From the NCBI GenBank assembly GCA_965140415.1, contig OZ223209.1, forward strand, positions 5,056,001 through 5,120,000: 64,000 bases of DNA. Reading direction: 5' to 3'. The position numbers and the translations under genes were made by a program. The notes beneath the pieces are model-generated. The model was not told the origin of the DNA. It did not search any database and saw only the letters and a program-made list of their open reading frames with translations. Below are positions 1 through 9,504 of the stretch, piece after piece. Each line of letters starts with the position of its first letter. The first letter of the stretch is position 1. The DNA comes from Myxococcota bacterium. GTDB lineage: Bacteria; Myxococcota_A; SURF-8.

Positions 1-103
1 TTTCGTTGGCTACCGAACGCAGCAGCGATTGATCCAGGCCTTTGCGACGGATCTTTTTATTCCCGAGTGGAGAACCTTTTTTATCCGAAGGGGTGTCACC
101 CAT
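1..103 (-). CDS. 5' end of a hypothetical protein running off the window (MGDTPSDKKGSPLGNKKIRRKGLDQ...)
   Basis: ATG at 103-101 with a GAGGTG RBS upstream; frame stays open to the window edge. Confidence 0.6.
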   Translation of the reverse strand, partial: MGDTPSDKKGSPLGNKKIRRKGLDQSLLRSVANE

Positions 104-203
104 TTGCACCTCTCGTTCCCATTAAGTTAGGGGGATACTTTACCACAAGCCCTCATCTCCCGCAATGAAACGATTTCAATTGGCAGAGCAGCAATGTATG
201 CGT

Positions 204-1547
204 TTACTTGGAGGAATCGCGCAGGGGTCTGCTTCTCCACTGCCGCCAGGTTTCCAGCGCCGGTCTCGCCGTAAGGGTTTCATCGTATAAGCCGGTGTCG
301 CGCCAGATAGCCGCAATGGCATTTTGACCGATCGCCTCCCACAGGGCGTCGAAATCGACGATGGAAAACCAGGTGATAAAGGCAACGTCATACTTGTCGG
401 CTTCATTGAAAAGCGTATGCAGAAACTCGTTCTGCCACGCTGCCGAAGCGGCGAGATCGATACTATACTCATCGATCTTCAGATCTTCGGCAATCCAGGC
501 CGTTTCGGTAATGGCCAACGGTTTTCTATTGGCCATGTCCACCGCCTGCGAGAACCAACCCTCCGGCAGATTGTCGGGATTGCCCGCATTGGCATGTCCG
601 AAAAAGATGTAGGGATACATGCTGACGCCCAGTATGTCCGTGTACGGCAGCACTTCAGGAACGCGCTGCTTCATTTTCTGTGTTTGTTCTCCCGCCGGGT
701 GTTTCAACGCAATAGAGACCATCACCGGCAGATCGGGATAGACCTGCTTGATCGCCGGATAGACTCGCGAGGCAAACAGAACGAAGTCGCTGAAGGTCTG
801 ATCATCGGCGTGCATCAGATCGCTGCATTCGGTTCCATAGTTGACGGCCACCGGCTTGAAACGTGCGATCATGTCGATGGCCCAGGCGGAAAACGCATCG
901 GCGGCTTTCTGGTCTGCAAATCCTATCGTTCCCCAGTCGCCAAAGTCCGAGCGCGGCAGATTTTCCTGATCGTCCCAATACTCGGCCAGATCCGTGCGAT
1001 CCGAACTGAGGCTGTCCAGCGCCAGCACGATCGGAAAGCGGTCCTCCCGTTCCGGCGCGTAGCATTTGCCGTCTTCATCGGCCAGAAAGACATCGTCCGG
1101 ATAGGTTGCATGCAACCTATCACAGATCTCTTTTTCGATATTGTAATGGTAGGCGCTGCCTTCGTAGGCTTGCTGCCAGGGAACCCCTCCCATGAAATGT
1201 TGCGTGACAAGATCGCCATCCTGCCGAATGCGCTCATGGGTGTCGAGGATAGCCGAAAGCGTCAAGTTGTAGGGCCAGGTCGTGAAACTCAACTTGAAGC
1301 TTCGGGTGGCTGTTAGTATTTCCTGCTCGGAATCTACCTCGCTATCGCCATCGGACGGAAGCAGGTCCAAGTCACCATCTTCGCTTGTTTCCTGTTCTGT
1401 CTGTTCCATCTGTTCCGTGACATCCTCGTCCCCCAAATGGAATTCGGAAACCTCCGAACGTTCACAACCGAAAAACAGTCCAAGAAACAGAATCAGCGAC
1501 ATCGGAACGCAAATCACAGTTGAACAACAATTTTGATTTCTTTTCAC
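204..1547 (-). CDS. Lipoprotein, putative TIM-barrel glycoside hydrolase (GH-A clan-like)
   Basis: GTG start after AGGAG; lipobox-like FFGC; acidic DGD linker; NYGTE and AITET motifs resembling the acid/base and nucleophile Glu; C-terminal RDTGLYD. Confidence 0.7.
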   Translation of the reverse strand: MKRNQNCCSTVICVPMSLILFLGLFFGCERSEVSEFHLGDEDVTEQMEQTEQETSEDGDLDLLPSDGDSEVDSEQEILTATRSFKLSFTTWPYNLTLSAILDTHERIRQDGDLVTQHFMGGVPWQQAYEGSAYHYNIEKEICDRLHATYPDDVFLADEDGKCYAPEREDRFPIVLALDSLSSDRTDLAEYWDDQENLPRSDFGDWGTIGFADQKAADAFSAWAIDMIARFKPVAVNYGTECSDLMHADDQTFSDFVLFASRVYPAIKQVYPDLPVMVSIALKHPAGEQTQKMKQRVPEVLPYTDILGVSMYPYIFFGHANAGNPDNLPEGWFSQAVDMANRKPLAITETAWIAEDLKIDEYSIDLAASAAWQNEFLHTLFNEADKYDVAFITWFSIVDFDALWEAIGQNAIAAIWRDTGLYDETLTARPALETWRQWRSRPLRDSSK

Positions 1548-1599
1548 AGTTGCTCTCCTATCGAACGAGAGGCATTCCTGCCTGAACCTACCTTCCCTC

Positions 1600-2738
1600 T
1601 TATTCCGGCAGACCCGCCCAGTCCGGGAAAATCACATGCGCCATCTCATTGAAGATTTTATCCGCCAAGATAGGGCCCTGTTCGCAAACCAGATAGCCAT
1701 TGGCAAACACCACGATATCGACGTCACGTACGTGAAACATTACGGTCGTGTAACCGGGAATGGCTCCGGTGTGTCCAACCGCGTCTGGAAGACAACCCAG
1801 CCCCAGGCCATATCCGGCACCAGGAATCGACGCGTCCATATTATCGCAGATCAACCGATCCGTGTGCAACGGCTCCTGCAATAACCTGCTGTCCGTCAGT
1901 TCGTCCAGCCAGACCAGCAGATCGGATAAACTCGAAACAAAACCGCCCGCCGACCAGAATGCGGATGGATGCAGCCGGGTCATGTCTTCCGGTTTTGAAA
2001 GCTACAGGCATCCGTAAACGCCAGATATCCCTTTGCATAGTCGCCGGGAATCTCGGTGTCCGTCGGCAATGACGTATCCGATAACCCCAGCGGCTCCAGT
2101 ATGCGCTGTCGAACAAACGTCCCGTAGGACATTCCCGAGACCTGCTCCACGATCAGTCCCAGCGTGATGTAATTCGAGTTGCTGTAGCTTGCTCCCTCTC
2201 CGGGAGTGAATAGCAACTCGTTTGCATTGGCCACAGTCAACAATTGTTCGGGTTGCCAGGATTGACTGATATCCTCATAGAACTCGTCGAACCAGTCTTC
2301 GTTGGTGGCGTAATCGACGAGACCGCTGGAATGCTCCAGGAGCATCTTCACGGTAATATCGCTGCCGCGAGCGAGCAGTCCGGGAACCAGGCTCTCCACC
2401 GTATCCTCCAGCGACAGCTTCCCGTCCTGAACCAGCAGCAGAATCGCTTCCCCGGTAAAGGTTTTGGATACGCTACCGATGCGAAACAGCATCTCTACGG
2501 AAAGCGGAGTCTCCGTCTCCAGATCGGCCAAACCGTAGGCCGCCGTCCAACTGGAGCCGTCGTTAAATCGCACCAGCGCCATGGCTCCTGGAAAATCATA
2601 TAAAGCAGCGGCCTGTTCCATCGATTGCTGCAACTGTGAACCAAGACGCTCGGCCTCGGTCATCGATTCATCCGTATCGCAGGCGGTAAGTGAAACAAGC
2701 GCAAACCACATCGAGATGCCAATCAACAGTACTTTCAT
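1600..2738 (-). pseudogene. Serine hydrolase (beta-lactamase/PBP-like, AmpC family) lipoprotein split into two ORFs (1980-2738 and 1600-1983)
   Basis: SVSK (SxxK) and YSN motifs in the first ORF; PSAFWSAGG and GHTG motifs in the second; frames differ by -1 and overlap as ATGA. Confidence 0.75.
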
Positions 2739-3028
2739 GTTTTTCTTTTCCTCAACAGGTGAAAACCTTTCAGAGGCTCAAGCATACCCGTCTCTTCTAC
2801 TCAAGCCAAGAGATTCTCTCCCCGATTGCGGTTTGAATAAAGGCTGTCTCTAAAAAGGGCTATTCGTCGCGAGAACGCATCCTTTGCGAGACCGGGCGTT
2901 TTTCGCAATCCGCAGGCATATCCTGCAGATACGTCGAGTTTTGAGAGAAACGATCCGGGCCGGAAAGTGGCGTTCGTAGCAGAATATGGATATTTAGAGG
3001 TAGCCTAAACATTGTTGGTAGCTTCTTC

Positions 3029-3196
3029 TTCCCTTCCCCGACGGAGCCGCCTAGCATCATAAGGCTTGAATACCGGGGTGTAAGAGGGCGGCAGTCAAGG
3101 CCGGAGCGCAGCGACGTTCATATAGCCTTGACGGCTGCATGCGCCCCGGTACAAGCCGAGGATGATGCGAGGCAGGTGATGGAAGGTGGAAGGGAA
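3029..3196. repeat. Long imperfect inverted repeat (about 168-nt rod-like hairpin)
   Basis: Nested arms TTCCCTTCC/GGAAGGGAA, GCATCAT/ATGATGC, GGCTTG/CAAGCC, TACCGGGG/CCCCGGTA and GCGGCAGTCAAGGC/GCCTTGACGGCTGC. Confidence 0.85.
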
Positions 3197-3290
3197 CCCC
3201 TTCCTTGATGGTGGGCCTTGTGGATTTCAGCCTGTCCGTTCAGTTCCCCGGTTTTGAGAATAGAACCCGATTTTTTCATCTTCCCTCGCG

Positions 3291-3319
3291 TTGACAAGCG
3301 CCCTCGCTTCAGGTAGCGT
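3291..3319 (+). promoter_or_regulatory. Putative sigma70 promoter of the nucleotide-sugar dehydrogenase
   Basis: TTGACA-17 nt-TAGCGT. Confidence 0.55.
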
Positions 3320-3357
3320 CTGCAAATCGACTATAGGAGCGGGCGAGAGGAAAAATT

Positions 3358-4680
3358 ATGGCCATTGATATCGAGTTGAGAAAGAAAATCGAAACCCATA
3401 AAGCGAAAGTGGGTGTACTTGGGCTGGGCTACGTCGGCTTGCCGCTGGTGATGGCGTTTCACAACGTCGGCTTCCCGGTGCTCGGATTCGATTTGGACCG
3501 CAACAAGGTCGATCAATTAAAAGCTGGCAAAAGCTACTTGAAACACATCGACGATTCGGTAATCGAAGAATTGATGGATTCCGGCGCTTTCGATGCCACC
3601 GACGATTTCTCCCGGCTGGGCGAATGCGACGCCTTACTGATCTGCGTTCCAACCCCCTTAAGCGAAAATCGTGAGCCGGATCTGTCCTACGTGCTGGATA
3701 CGGCAAAACAAATCGCGGCAACCTTGCGACCGGGGCAGCTTGTAGCCCTGGAATCGACGACCTATCCCGGCACGACGGATGAAGAACTGCTTCCGATTTT
3801 AGAGCAGGGTGGCTTGCAGGTCGGAAAAGATTTCTTCCTGGCATTTTCTCCCGAGCGTGAAGACCCCGGCAATCCGGCTTTTTCCACGCGCTCCATCCCC
3901 AAAATCATGGGTGGCGTTACGAAAACCTGCGGCGATCTGACGGAAAGCCTGTATCGGCAGGCCATCGACCACATCGTTCGGGTTGGCAGTACACGGGAAG
4001 CGGAGATGACCAAACTGTTTGAAAACATTTTCCGCTCGGTCAATATCGCGCTTGTCAACGAATTGAAAATTCTGTGCGACCGCATGAACATCGACGTGTG
4101 GCAGGTCATCGAAGCCGCCAGCACCAAGCCTTTCGGGTTCATGCCGTTTTATCCCGGTCCCGGTTTGGGCGGTCACTGCATTCCCATCGACCCCTTCTAC
4201 CTGACCTGGAAAGCGCGCGAATACCAGATCACTACCCGTTTCATCGAACTGGCCGGCGAGATCAATGCCGCTATGCCGGAATATGTCATCCGGCGTACAA
4301 TGGAAGCGCTAAACGAGCGCAAGAAATCACTGAACGGCTCGAAGGTGCTGGTGCTGGGCGTCGCCTATAAACAAGATGTGGACGACATGCGCGAGTCGCC
4401 GTCATTGGTGCTGATCGATCTGCTGCGTGAAAAGGGGGCGAAGGTGGAGTACAACGACCCACATATTCCGAAATTGCCCCCGACGCGTAAATACGAATTC
4501 AACTTGAAAAGCAAAGCCTTGACCGAAAAGAAGCTGGCTTCGGTAGATGCAGTGCTTATCGCCACAGCCCATAGCGCCTACGACTACGATTTCATCGTGC
4601 GCCATGCGCCGCTGGTCATCGATACCCGAAACGCCACCCGGCGGGTCAAGCACGGCCATAAAAAAATCGTGCGGGCCTGA
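3358..4680 (+). CDS. UDP-N-acetylglucosamine/UDP-sugar 6-dehydrogenase (WbpA/WecC-like)
   Basis: GLGYVG Rossmann motif, ICVPTP, ESTTYPGTT, SPERED, GPGLGGHCIPIDP (catalytic Cys), D..RESP. Confidence 0.93.
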   Translation: MAIDIELRKKIETHKAKVGVLGLGYVGLPLVMAFHNVGFPVLGFDLDRNKVDQLKAGKSYLKHIDDSVIEELMDSGAFDATDDFSRLGECDALLICVPTPLSENREPDLSYVLDTAKQIAATLRPGQLVALESTTYPGTTDEELLPILEQGGLQVGKDFFLAFSPEREDPGNPAFSTRSIPKIMGGVTKTCGDLTESLYRQAIDHIVRVGSTREAEMTKLFENIFRSVNIALVNELKILCDRMNIDVWQVIEAASTKPFGFMPFYPGPGLGGHCIPIDPFYLTWKAREYQITTRFIELAGEINAAMPEYVIRRTMEALNERKKSLNGSKVLVLGVAYKQDVDDMRESPSLVLIDLLREKGAKVEYNDPHIPKLPPTRKYEFNLKSKALTEKKLASVDAVLIATAHSAYDYDFIVRHAPLVIDTRNATRRVKHGHKKIVRA

Positions 4681-4787
4681 AATCCGGTAATTGCTGCTTC
4701 TTTCTTTTTTCTTGCCTTGACACATCACCGGCGGGTATGACGGGAACGTTGAAACGACACGTTTTTCAGCCGAACAGGAGGCATATC

Positions 4788-5819
4788 ATGTCCGAAGCCA
4801 TCAAATGGGAAAATAATACGCTGTGGTTACTGGATCAAACCCTGTTGCCGCAGGAAGTCACCTATATTCGCTGTGATACGGTGGATATCGTATGCGAAGC
4901 GATCAAGCGCCTATCCGTGCGCGGCGCTCCGGCGATCGGCATTGCCACGGCTTTCGGCCTGGTGGTAGGCGTCCAAGAAGAATTGCAGGCCAGCCAAACG
5001 CCAAGCTTGGAGCATTACGAAGCGGTGGAAAAAGCGCTGACGGCAACCCGCCCAACCGCGGTGAATCTGGTTTGGGCCATCAAGCGCATGCGTCCCATTT
5101 TCGAAAGCCACCTGGGTAAAGATAGTCTACTGCAAGCTTTGATCGCAGAAGCGAAAACCATTCACGAAGAAGATATCGCCATGAACCGCGCCATGGGTAC
5201 CTTCGGAGCGGAATTGATCAAAGATGGCGACGGCATCCTGACGCATTGCAATGCGGGCGCACTGGCCACCGGCGGCTACGGAACCGCTTTGGGCGTCATT
5301 CGGGCGGCCTGGGAACAAGGGAAAAAGATTCATGTTTACGCGGATGAAACCCGTCCCTTGTTGCAGGGTGCACGCCTTACCGCATTCGAAATGAAAGAAG
5401 AAGGCATCCCCGTTACGCTGATTACGGATAATATGGCCGCCGTATTGATGCGCAGCGGGCGTGTGCAGGCGGTGGTTGTCGGTTCGGATCGCACGGTGCG
5501 AAACGGCGATGTCGCCAATAAAATCGGAACTTATGGCGTTGCCGTGCTCGCAAAACACCACGGCATTCCTTTTTATGCCGCCCTGCCAAGCTCCACCATC
5601 GATCTATCCATCGCAACCGGCAAAGACATCCCCATCGAAGAGCGCGCCCCCGAGGAAGTGCGCGGCTATCGGGACGATCAGTGGGCAGCGCAGGTGGATG
5701 TCTGGAATCCGGCGTTCGATGTCACTCCGAATGAGTTAGTAGCTGGAATCATTACGGAAAAAGGAGTCATCCGGCCCCCGTACGACGTGAACATTCCACG
5801 GATTATCGGAGGGGAATAG
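4788..5819 (+). CDS. mtnA: S-methyl-5-thioribose-1-phosphate isomerase
   Basis: LLDQ.LLP, VRGAPAIG, RPTAVNL, THCNAGALAT, ETRP..QGARLT, ANKIGTY, NPAFDVTP; AGGAGG RBS before ATG 4788. Confidence 0.95.
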   Translation: MSEAIKWENNTLWLLDQTLLPQEVTYIRCDTVDIVCEAIKRLSVRGAPAIGIATAFGLVVGVQEELQASQTPSLEHYEAVEKALTATRPTAVNLVWAIKRMRPIFESHLGKDSLLQALIAEAKTIHEEDIAMNRAMGTFGAELIKDGDGILTHCNAGALATGGYGTALGVIRAAWEQGKKIHVYADETRPLLQGARLTAFEMKEEGIPVTLITDNMAAVLMRSGRVQAVVVGSDRTVRNGDVANKIGTYGVAVLAKHHGIPFYAALPSSTIDLSIATGKDIPIEERAPEEVRGYRDDQWAAQVDVWNPAFDVTPNELVAGIITEKGVIRPPYDVNIPRIIGGE

Positions 5820-5851
5820 CGGATCGTCCAACGGGATAGCGAAACAAGATC

Positions 5852-5884
5852 GGGCCGGATGAGAAATCATCCGGCCCTCTTTTT
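5852..5884 (+). terminator. Rho-independent terminator between convergent mtnA and the rimJ-like gene
   Basis: GGGCCGGATGA-loop-TCATCCGGCCC followed by a T-tract. Confidence 0.85.
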
Positions 5885-5911
5885 ATAGAAGAGCGTTAAA
5901 ATAAAGCGACT

Positions 5912-6511
5912 TCAGCGCCAGATCTGCGGCGACTCCAACTCATCGTTGGTCAGCGACGTCAAGACATGGTCCTGCCACTCTCCATTAATGTATAGATACT
6001 TGCGAGCCGTGCCTTCTGCAATAAATCCTAGTTTTTTCAGAAGGTTACCGGAACGAGTATTGTGAGGAACGTGGTTGGCCATAATACGATGCAGTTTCAT
6101 GGTATCAAACACATAACGGATTGCGGGCTGGATAGCCTCGTACATCAGCTGCTGCCCTTGATAATCTTTATCTAGGTTGTAACCCATATAGCAAGACTGA
6201 AACGCCCCACGTACAATTTCCGTAAAGGTCAACGTTCCGATGATCGGTCGCTCGGGATCGTCCTTGGGGTACAGTCCCAACCAGATGAAATGATTCCGTT
6301 TAAACTCTCCAAGGGCTGCGGCAAGGAATTCCCGCCAGAAAGTTTCCGTATAGAAATCCGCCGCTCTCGGCGGCGACCACGGCGCTAAATGCTCCTTGTT
6401 GCGCTGGAAGAAATCCAGCATCCGCCCGGCATGTTGCGGTTCGGGAATCGTGACAATCAGTCGTTCGGTACGAAAAACAGGTCGCTCGATTGTGGAATAG
6501 GGGTAGCTCAT
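5912..6511 (-). CDS. rimJ: RimJ-like ribosomal-protein N-acetyltransferase (GNAT)
   Basis: TERL, IVRGAFQSCYMGY, LHRIMAN..P.N.RS..LL..LGF..EG.A..YL.ING.W.DH. Confidence 0.85.
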   Translation of the reverse strand: MSYPYSTIERPVFRTERLIVTIPEPQHAGRMLDFFQRNKEHLAPWSPPRAADFYTETFWREFLAAALGEFKRNHFIWLGLYPKDDPERPIIGTLTFTEIVRGAFQSCYMGYNLDKDYQGQQLMYEAIQPAIRYVFDTMKLHRIMANHVPHNTRSGNLLKKLGFIAEGTARKYLYINGEWQDHVLTSLTNDELESPQIWR

Positions 6512-7328
6512 CCGATTCCCTTGGCTAATCGGCTGGAAGTGAATGTTCCTCTTACTACCATTTTGCCTGCGCCGTAAGCAGACTGTTCTATTCCTATACG
6601 TTTTACTAGCGTGCTCTTTTTGTCAAGAGAATATAGCGGGAATCCACAGAACGAGACCCACTCAGGCATTTTGGCATCCTGGCATCATCTCTTTTCATTC
6701 TCACGATTTCCAATTGAAATGCCCTCGATCACTCGTTTTTGAGGTGAAAATGACCATGTGTTGCGGCAATTGCAACGCTTTTTTTAACTAGTAAGTCGCT
6801 CTCAAACTTTTGTTGTCCACTATTTCAGGACAAACATATCACATTGTATTTACAGCCTTTTTCTAGTACTCTGATTGTCATTCCACGTCATATTTCGATA
6901 AATTCAATCCAGATTACCCCAGAGTATACAAGTGTTGCAAAACATGTGTTGCGCAGCCATCCAGAATGCGTTGCGTCATAATGCTGGTAATTTTCACTAT
7001 GATATCATTGCCTTATAAACACTTCATACCTTACATTGTCGCAAGAGCGCATTATTTGCGCTTTTTTGGTCATTTTTCTGGGTGATTTTCTGAGTGAGGC
7101 TTCATCCATTTTCTTGGAATAGCCACTTTTATTTCTATAATTTGTGAAATCAAAACAACATCACCGCCTGTTGCTGTGCAACAGGTGCGCAGGTTTTACG
7201 TTTTACGTTTTGTCAAGAGTTTCAGTCACATGCCAGGATATTACCGATGCCAGCCAGCGTCCATTTATAACATTTTGGAATACCTGCCTGCTGTAGACGA
7301 GAATGGGGTGATTCTCATTGTGAAAAGT

Positions 7329-7344
7329 TGGCATGCAGATTGCT
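7329..7344 (+). promoter_or_regulatory. sigma54 (-24/-12) promoter
   Basis: TGGCATG-CAGA-TTGCT matches TGGCACG-N4-TTGCW with exact spacing. Confidence 0.75.
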
Positions 7345-7355
7345 TATTCTTCTAC

Positions 7356-7560
7356 TCGTTGTTTGTCGAAGGATCTCTGACAACGTAACCCATCCGCCAG
7401 TAGTAGTTGGCGGCTAGTGGAGATTTCGGGAAGCCGGAGTGGGAGTTGCTCAGGTTGATGCTCTGGTTGGTACTCAGGTTGTAGTTGGTTGTAATGTAGT
7501 TGCTCATTTTGATGTCATGTTCCCGTTTGCCTGGTCCGGCTTCCCTTTAAATTTCCTCTC
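7356..7560 (+). ncRNA. Candidate structured sRNA or 5' leader with a GUUG-repeat loop
   Basis: Begins at the expected sigma54 start site; hairpin CCGCCA/TGGCGG; 11-bp stem GGGAAGCCGGA (7428-7438)/TCCGGCTTCCC (7535-7545) enclosing seven GTTG repeats. Confidence 0.5.
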
Positions 7561-7585
7561 GACTCAACATAGGAGTAACGGCAAC

Positions 7586-7675
7586 ATGAAAGCAGTCTTC
7601 GAATTATTCTCAACGATTTTCAAAGAGAACATGAAATTCTGGTTCTCTTCGATCTTCGAAGAAAAGCGCGGTTAA
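7586..7675 (+). CDS. Small 29-aa Phe-rich amphipathic peptide MKAVFELFSTIFKENMKFWFSSIFEEKRG
   Basis: AGGAG RBS at 7571-7575; internal duplication whose nucleotide differences are partly synonymous. Confidence 0.55.
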   Translation: MKAVFELFSTIFKENMKFWFSSIFEEKRG

Positions 7676-8297
7676 AAGGCCTATCGGCATTTTCGGCTTT
7701 CTCTATGGATCTCCGAACTGAACTTCTAGCTTTCTTTCCTGGAAGAGTAATTTCTTCTGTACATCACATCCCAAGTGATACGCGTCAATTCTCAATCTAT
7801 CCCTCTGCTATAGAGAAAGCCGTAGATTTTTCTACGCAAGTGTAAAACCCCTTTAACACTTACATATAAATCGTGCGTTAAGGCACGATACACCCGATTC
7901 CCAATCGGGGTCGCCTTGGTTTTTCAAAAACCGGCGGCCTCGTCCTTTTCGCATTTTCTCTGTAATAACAATATATTAACTATATCTATGAGAAGCATGT
8001 GGGGTCTTGTCTGTTATTAAAGACCGCAAGATAGGTGCAAGCAATCTATAACTACTCTTCTGCCAGCCCCTCTTTTTTCAGACAAAATGTAAACCGCAAC
8101 TGTCAGAAAACAAATCCGAAAAAAGTGAAAATCTTCTAGTAGGAAAGAAAGCTTTTCAAGCCAACCTAAAATCTGTTACACTTCCCCCGCCAATTTACGT
8201 TGAGTGCCAATCGAATTCGACTTGCAGTTTAGGTGCGAAATTCACGCAATGCCTGCCAGTCGCATGAACCATGGAATGGATAAATGGAGATTTACCG

Positions 8298-9491
8298 ATG
8301 ATCCTACGGTTTGCTCACATGCTCTGCCTGTCTATACTGGTGTTATTATTAATGAATACATGGAGTTGGGCGCAGGAGAACTCGGAAGTCCTTCCGGCGC
8401 AAGCAGAAGAAACAGCAAAAGCCGCTGCCGATGCTCCCGAGACCGATGCTGCCACAACGACTGATTCCGGGACTGAAAATGCGGCTGCAACGGCTGATAC
8501 GCAAGAAAGCACCACGACCGAAACTACTGCGGCGGCGGAAGTGGAAGCCAGTCCGCAAAAGACCGAATCCAACACGGAAACGACCACAAACGCGCCGGTA
8601 AATACACCCGTTGATACACAAGAAGCACAGGACGTTTCCGAGGCTGGGACAAAGGCGACCGGTAAACAACCGCTAAAAGCACGTAACGACACGCAAACGA
8701 CCAGTGAACAAGCTCCGGTTGCCGGTCAGAATATGACCGAACCAGCCACAGAAACGACCGAAACCGCACCGGAAGCGGCGGAAACCACCAACACGGAAGC
8801 TACTCCCGTTGCTCCCGCAGCAGCCGAAGAAAGCTCTCCTTCCGAAACGACACCACCACCGGCAACCGCAGAAGCCACTAAAACGGAAGCAGCACCCGTA
8901 GCAGAAGAAGACGAGGATGAAGAGGACGAAGACGGTGAAGAAGAGGAAAAAGTTCCCGGCAGCCAGATTCGTTTTTCAATCGTCGGCGGTGGCCTGGTTC
9001 CCGTTAAAGGCGGCAAGGCGGGTTTCGCGGTCGGAGGTCATTTGGGATATGAATTCGGCGGCGACTTGAAGAATCTGAGTATTGAATTGTTTTTATACCA
9101 GGGTTGGAACGATAGCAACGAACTACTGGAAAAACCGGGCGAAAATCTGGATAAAACCCGCAAAGGGTTGAAGTTGCTGGCTTTCGCTCCGGGTGTACGC
9201 TATCGCGTGTATGGCGAGCGCTTCCGCGTGTATCTCTCCGGGCATATCGGTTTATCATACGCTACCTATACGCTGCCGGGGGATTCCGGTACTTCCAAAG
9301 AAGGCTTGGCGGCGGATCTGGGCGGCGGCATCGAGTATCAGCTTTCCGACATGTTCCACATCGATATCACTGCCGCCTACGCTTTCCATGCACTGAACAT
9401 TCCGATCATCGAAGGCAGTGCCAATAACAAAGGCAGCTACCTGCACGGTCTGTTCGTCGGCGCGGGAATCGGGTTGAAAACAGATCTGTAA
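8298..9491 (+). CDS. Outer-membrane beta-barrel protein with a long Thr/Ala/Glu-rich N-terminal region
   Basis: Signal peptide (SWA|Q); about 190 aa of low complexity ending in an acidic tract; C-terminal alternating beta-strands (GGGIEY, GLFVGAGIG). Confidence 0.75.
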   Translation: MILRFAHMLCLSILVLLLMNTWSWAQENSEVLPAQAEETAKAAADAPETDAATTTDSGTENAAATADTQESTTTETTAAAEVEASPQKTESNTETTTNAPVNTPVDTQEAQDVSEAGTKATGKQPLKARNDTQTTSEQAPVAGQNMTEPATETTETAPEAAETTNTEATPVAPAAAEESSPSETTPPPATAEATKTEAAPVAEEDEDEEDEDGEEEEKVPGSQIRFSIVGGGLVPVKGGKAGFAVGGHLGYEFGGDLKNLSIELFLYQGWNDSNELLEKPGENLDKTRKGLKLLAFAPGVRYRVYGERFRVYLSGHIGLSYATYTLPGDSGTSKEGLAADLGGGIEYQLSDMFHIDITAAYAFHALNIPIIEGSANNKGSYLHGLFVGAGIGLKTDL

Positions 9492-9504
9492 GAGGTTTTC
9501 TGCT

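Noticed and set aside
324-1316. 330-aa plus-strand ORF
   Set aside because: Antisense shadow of the glycoside hydrolase lipoprotein gene; no recognisable motifs.
7352-7507. Minus-strand ~51-aa Asn/Ser/Thr-rich ORF (MSNYITTNYNLSTNQSINLSN...)
   Set aside because: No good RBS; its composition is explained by the plus-strand GTTG repeats, and the promoter points the other way. Not fully excluded.
7441-7507. CsrB/RsmY-like sRNA interpretation
   Set aside because: The repeats are GGTTG/GTTG, not GGA in hairpin loops, so the canonical CsrA motif is absent.
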